Source of the DNA: Candidatus Nomurabacteria bacterium
Lineage (GTDB): Bacteria > Patescibacteriota > Minisyncoccia > Phycocordibacterales > UBA918
Length of the DNA: 64,000 bases
Assembly: GCA_023898585.1 (NCBI GenBank)
Contig: CP060229.1
Location: forward strand, 75,388 to 139,387
Direction of reading: 5' to 3'
Part shown: positions 60,122 through 64,000 of the stretch, one piece after another
How the letters are laid out: every line of letters starts with the position of its first letter
How positions within the stretch are numbered: position 1 is the first letter of the stretch
Program-made: the position numbers and the translations under genes
The notes under the pieces: model-generated
Told to the model about the DNA's origin: nothing
The model's database searches: none
What the model saw: the letters and a program-made list of their open reading frames with translations, nothing else

Positions 60122-61189
60122 TTAGATAAGTCTTTCCAATCCTTTGGGATTTCCTGAATAAGTAAACGCATTCTCGACCGTGATATCACCATTTTGCACC
60201 AGACGAGCCAGTGATCGGTTCATGTCTATCATGCCCTGCTCCAAACCGGTTTCGATCACCGATTGGATTTCGTGCACCCTGTTTTCACGAATCAGGTTCG
60301 CAACAGCGGTGTTGTTGATGAGCAACTCATAAGCCGGAACCAAACCACCGGCAATGTGTGGGATGAGTCTTTGAGAAAAAATCGCAATCAATGAGCCTGC
60401 CATCTGAACTCTGATCTGTGCTTGTTGGTCGCCCGGGAATGAATCGACAATACGATTGATAGTCTGTGCGGCGTCGTTCGTGTGTAAAGTGGAATAAACC
60501 AAGTGGCCGGTTTCGGCGGCAGTTACGGCGGCGGAGATGGTTTCAGCATTACGCATCTCACCAACCAGTATTACATCCACGTCTTGGCGAAAGGCGGCAT
60601 TGAGCGCGGTTTCGAAAGTTCTGGAATCGATACCGATCTCACGCTGGTCAATCAGAGATTTTTCTTCGTTGTAGATGTATTCGATCGGATCCTCGATGGT
60701 CACGATATGTTCGGCACGGTCGTGGTTGATTTTATTAACCATAGCGGCCAGGGTGGTAGATTTACCTTGACCAACCGGACCTACACAAAGAAAAAAACCT
60801 TGGGAACGTTGGGTAAAACTATCCAAGATAGGCGGTAAATTCAATTCTTCAAAATTGCGAATTACGTTGGGTATCAACCTAAGAGCGATTCCCATCTTCC
60901 CTCTTTGGTAAAAAGCATTACCTCGGAATCTTACTCCTTCCGTATTTTCGTACGAGAAATCAATTTCGTTATATTCTTTGTAACTTTCAAACTGACTCTC
61001 ACGCATCATAACTTTAGCAAAAGACGAGGCGTCCGCTTCGGTGAGAATCGGTTTTTTGAGCAAGGGTATCAGAGTGCCAGAGACTCTAATTAAAGGATGA
61101 GAACCGACCGACAAGTGGAGGTCGGAGGCCTTCTCTTGTAGGATCACTTCAATCAGTGCATTTAATTCTCGTTTGTAATCTACGGCCAT
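60122..61189 (-). CDS. pilT: twitching motility retraction ATPase PilT
   Basis: Walker A GPVGQGKSTTL, Asp box, His box, 355 aa typical of PilT. Confidence 0.85.
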   Translation of the reverse strand: MAVDYKRELNALIEVILQEKASDLHLSVGSHPLIRVSGTLIPLLKKPILTEADASSFAKVMMRESQFESYKEYNEIDFSYENTEGVRFRGNAFYQRGKMGIALRLIPNVIRNFEELNLPPILDSFTQRSQGFFLCVGPVGQGKSTTLAAMVNKINHDRAEHIVTIEDPIEYIYNEEKSLIDQREIGIDSRTFETALNAAFRQDVDVILVGEMRNAETISAAVTAAETGHLVYSTLHTNDAAQTINRIVDSFPGDQQAQIRVQMAGSLIAIFSQRLIPHIAGGLVPAYELLINNTAVANLIRENRVHEIQSVIETGLEQGMIDMNRSLARLVQNGDITVENAFTYSGNPKGLERLI

Positions 61190-61193
61190 AAAA

Positions 61194-61568
61194 TCATGTG
61201 TTAAATAATTCTTCCACCTTCTTTACCACGCCACTCGGAACCGATTCTGACTTAACAATGTATCCTACGGCACCGGCAGCCTTAGCTTCGCTTATGTCTT
61301 CTTCCTGTCCCTGATTGGATAAGACAATACATTTCGCTTTCATATCAGGAAATTGTTTTTTAATTTCTTTAATTAACTCCAATCCGGACATACCCGGCAT
61401 GATCATATCTAACAAAATAACATCAAAACTTTGGTTTCTTTTGATTATGGAGATGGCTTTAGAGGCCCCGTCCGAAACCTCTACTTCGTGTCCGCCTTCG
61501 GTAAATTTTTTCGCGTACATGTCACGCAAAAACGCATCGTCATCAATGAGTAGTAGTTTCATTACCAC
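61194..61568 (-). CDS. response regulator receiver domain protein (CheY/PilH-like) embedded in pilus operon
   Basis: LLIDDD...DVILLDMIMPGMSG...K pattern; 124 aa stand-alone REC. Confidence 0.75.
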   Translation of the reverse strand: MVMKLLLIDDDAFLRDMYAKKFTEGGHEVEVSDGASKAISIIKRNQSFDVILLDMIMPGMSGLELIKEIKKQFPDMKAKCIVLSNQGQEEDISEAKAAGAVGYIVKSESVPSGVVKKVEELFNT

Positions 61569-63372
61569 TCATTATATCCCCTAATCCTTCCACTTCCGGT
61601 AAGTTATCGACAGTAATGAACTCATCGTCAGCGAGTGAATCGAGTCCGATTTGTGTACTGTACACATTCATCTCTTCGTAAGGAATTTCATGATTCAAGG
61701 CTTTTATAATTGAATCTTCTTGAATGGTGATAAAACCTTTTTTCCGAGCAGCTTGAAAAAACTCTTCTTCAGACGCGTTTTTGAGAATCAACTCTTGCAT
61801 TTCTTCATCTATCTCCAACACCTCAGTGACCGCCGTTCTACCACTGTAGCCGGTCACGCAAGTGGGAGAAGGTTCGGGATGTAATATGGTTTTGCTTTTA
61901 GGAATTCTGTTTCGATATTTTTCGGGTAGCGACTTAAAAACTTCGTTTATTCTTAACTCGGTGCTGGCGTCAATTTTTTCCTCGCGACCGGAATTCGGAC
62001 ACAAAGTCCTCGCCAATCTTTGAGCAATAGCCATCTTGAGCGTCGGAGCGATAAGATAGGGGTCGATACCCATGTCAATTAAACGAGGAATGACTCCTAT
62101 CGAGCTGTTGGTGTGGATGGTTGAAAGTACCAAGTGTCCGGTTAGCGCAGCTTGAATAGCGAGCTGGGCCGTTTCTTTATCACGAATTTCACCGACCATG
62201 ATAATATCGGGGTCTTGTCTTAGGGTCGCTCTTAATCCAGTGGCAAAAGTGTAGCCGATTTCCGGTCTCACTTGCGATTGACTGACTCCGTCCAGGTTGT
62301 ATTCAACCGGGTCTTCGAGAGAAACAACGTTTTTAGAAAGAGTGTCAACCTGTTGAATCATACCTCGCAGAGTGGTTGATTTACCGGAACCGGTGGGACC
62401 GGAAATAAGAATGATTCCGTATGGTTCCTTAACGATGCGCTTAATGACTTCCATGTTGAATTTGGAAATGCCACTTTTCTCAAGGGAACGAATACCGATG
62501 CCAGTGTCCAAAATACGCATCACCACCTTTTCACCATGATTGGTAGGCAAAATTGAAACACGGAAGTCTATTTTACGGTCATCAAAGGTGGCTGAGAAGC
62601 GACCGTCTTGCGGTTTTCTCCTCTCGTCGAGTCGCATTGACGAGAGTATCTTTACTCTTGCAACAACAGCCATATGAACATTTTTAGGTAGCTCGAGACT
62701 GGTTGCTAATGTCCCGTCTACACGAAAACGCACCCCGACCTTGAAAGGACTCGGTTCAATGTGTATATCAGACGCTTTACCATCAACCGCATAGCGCAAT
62801 ATTGTGGCCACAATCTTAGTCACCGGTGCATCTTCCTCGATATGCTCAAAGGAATCTTTGGATTGAGATGATTCGTCCAAACTCGCAGCGATTTCAGCGT
62901 CGAGCTCCGTCTCCAGAGTCTCAAGCGCCACACCCACTTCACCTTTAAGATTGGAATAAAAAACAAGAACTTTGGTGATGTCCTCATCCAGCATGTAGAC
63001 GAGACGATACGGGAGATTGTGCTTGGTGCTTATGAAATTTAAAGCGTCTCGCATCTGAAGATTGTCCGGATTACTCACCCCCACCACCAGAACCTTGTCT
63101 TCAATAAATAAAGGCACTATTCTGTAGTGCGCGGCTGAATCTTCCGATATAAAACCAAGTAAATCTTGACTGACGGTAAACCCTTCCGGTATCACAAAAG
63201 CCGGAACTTGGTAATATTCCGCCATGAAGTTTCGGACATCAGACTTGCCCATGCCGAGATCTACAAAAACCTCTTCGTAGGTTTTACCGGTTTCCCCGAT
63301 GATTTGCTCAGCTCTTTCGACAAAAGCATCGTCCAGATTATCACGTTTTTTCAGAGCTTGAAGCGGGTCCAT
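61543..63372 (-). CDS. pilB: type IV pilus assembly ATPase PilB (GspE family)
   Basis: N-terminal T2SE_Nter, Walker A GPTGSGKSTT, Cys4 zinc site, 609 aa. Confidence 0.9.
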   Translation of the reverse strand: MDPLQALKKRDNLDDAFVERAEQIIGETGKTYEEVFVDLGMGKSDVRNFMAEYYQVPAFVIPEGFTVSQDLLGFISEDSAAHYRIVPLFIEDKVLVVGVSNPDNLQMRDALNFISTKHNLPYRLVYMLDEDITKVLVFYSNLKGEVGVALETLETELDAEIAASLDESSQSKDSFEHIEEDAPVTKIVATILRYAVDGKASDIHIEPSPFKVGVRFRVDGTLATSLELPKNVHMAVVARVKILSSMRLDERRKPQDGRFSATFDDRKIDFRVSILPTNHGEKVVMRILDTGIGIRSLEKSGISKFNMEVIKRIVKEPYGIILISGPTGSGKSTTLRGMIQQVDTLSKNVVSLEDPVEYNLDGVSQSQVRPEIGYTFATGLRATLRQDPDIIMVGEIRDKETAQLAIQAALTGHLVLSTIHTNSSIGVIPRLIDMGIDPYLIAPTLKMAIAQRLARTLCPNSGREEKIDASTELRINEVFKSLPEKYRNRIPKSKTILHPEPSPTCVTGYSGRTAVTEVLEIDEEMQELILKNASEEEFFQAARKKGFITIQEDSIIKALNHEIPYEEMNVYSTQIGLDSLADDEFITVDNLPEVEGLGDIMSGNETTTH

Positions 63373-63375
63373 AAT

Positions 63376-63702
63376 TTACTGACCGGTTACAACAGTCGAT
63401 CTGCTTCCTGTGTCAGAAAAAGGATTGTCTCTCCCCACTGGGCGATCCAGGATCGGAGTCGAATAACTTCGAAGTGACAGAAGCCTTTCGTCGTCAAAAA
63501 ATTCGAGATTGAGCTCGGCTTCATTCAAAATCCTGCTTCTCTCTATGAAAATGTTGGCGTTCTTGAGTACGTTTTCCATATCAAGATCGCTATTTACAAA
63601 ACTTGTATCATCTGCGAATTTCTGCGTGTATAAATAATATCCAGCAACTCCAATGACTATTATTCCCAAAACGGTGGATAAATTTGTGGTGGCTTTTTCC
63701 AT
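63376..63702 (-). CDS. hypothetical pilus assembly membrane protein (PilN/PilO-like)
   Basis: single N-terminal TM, position immediately upstream of pilB. Confidence 0.3.
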   Translation of the reverse strand: MEKATTNLSTVLGIIVIGVAGYYLYTQKFADDTSFVNSDLDMENVLKNANIFIERSRILNEAELNLEFFDDERLLSLRSYSTPILDRPVGRDNPFSDTGSRSTVVTGQ

Positions 63703-63704
63703 AA

Positions 63705-63998
63705 TTATATTTCTATTTCCTTATTCAAAGCTTCGTCCTTGAATGAGTAAGTCTTTAATTTTACTTCGGCGGACAAAAAACCCTCCTCCGACTCGGATAC
63801 CGACAATTCACTCACTTCTAGAGGATAGTTGTTTCTCTCCAGAACGTCAAAAAAATGTTTGATCTGTTCGTAGCTTCCTTCCAGACTTACACTAAAAGAG
63901 TAAGAGTTGGAAAGACCACCAGTATCGCCCCCTTTCGAACCGGGACCTTCATAACTTACGTTTGTTGCCTTTATCCCAGCCTCTTCAATTATTAACAT
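63705..63998 (-). CDS. hypothetical pilus assembly protein, possibly 5'-truncated by window edge (PilO/GspM-like C-terminus)
   Basis: ORF reaches the last codon position of the window; may continue upstream. Confidence 0.3.
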   Translation of the reverse strand: MLIIEEAGIKATNVSYEGPGSKGGDTGGLSNSYSFSVSLEGSYEQIKHFFDVLERNNYPLEVSELSVSESEEGFLSAEVKLKTYSFKDEALNKEIEI

Positions 63999-64000
63999 CA

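Overview
The window reads like a small-genome bacterial chromosome, plausibly Patescibacteria/CPR-like: standard genetic code, weak Shine-Dalgarno sites, many short hypothetical membrane proteins and a complete type IV pilus locus, though lineage cannot be proven from sequence alone. Housekeeping genes include tsaD, valS, an Hsp20, lepA, murJ, mgtE, pyrG, ftsEX, prfB, galU, gatCA, ligA and a DEAD-box helicase. The 3' end (53.7-64 kb) is a type IV pilus cluster: pilB, a CheY-like receiver, pilT, pilC, two major pilins, pilD, three minor pilins and PilX/PilO-like proteins. I call ten tRNA genes plus an RNase P RNA. Several accessory or unusual structures stand out. (1) A large serine recombinase sits beside tRNA-Arg(CCT) and is bracketed by nested inverted repeats. 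A 565-bp copy of the alternative recombination junction lies 4 kb away. Between them is a cargo of decayed dcm, vsr and radC genes with an intact PD-(D/E)xK nuclease ORF, suggesting an invertible or mobile restriction-modification island. (2) tRNA-Asp(GUC) is interrupted by a 247-nt group I intron with clear S and R elements, and a free-standing LAGLIDADG homing endonuclease gene lies immediately upstream. (3) Two inverted copies of a ~195-bp MITE-like element with terminal inverted repeats carry an outward-facing promoter-like TTGCAA...TATAAT. (4) A 95-bp tandem repeat (about 4.6 copies) is derived from the 5' half of the adjacent initiator-like tRNA-Met. (5) The tRNA-Thr locus carries half-tRNA remnants, a 9-bp direct repeat around the intact tRNA-Thr(CGT), an HNH endonuclease and an IS3-family element. 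(6) The RNase P RNA has two ~110-nt helix expansions with near-identical stems. No CRISPR array was seen.
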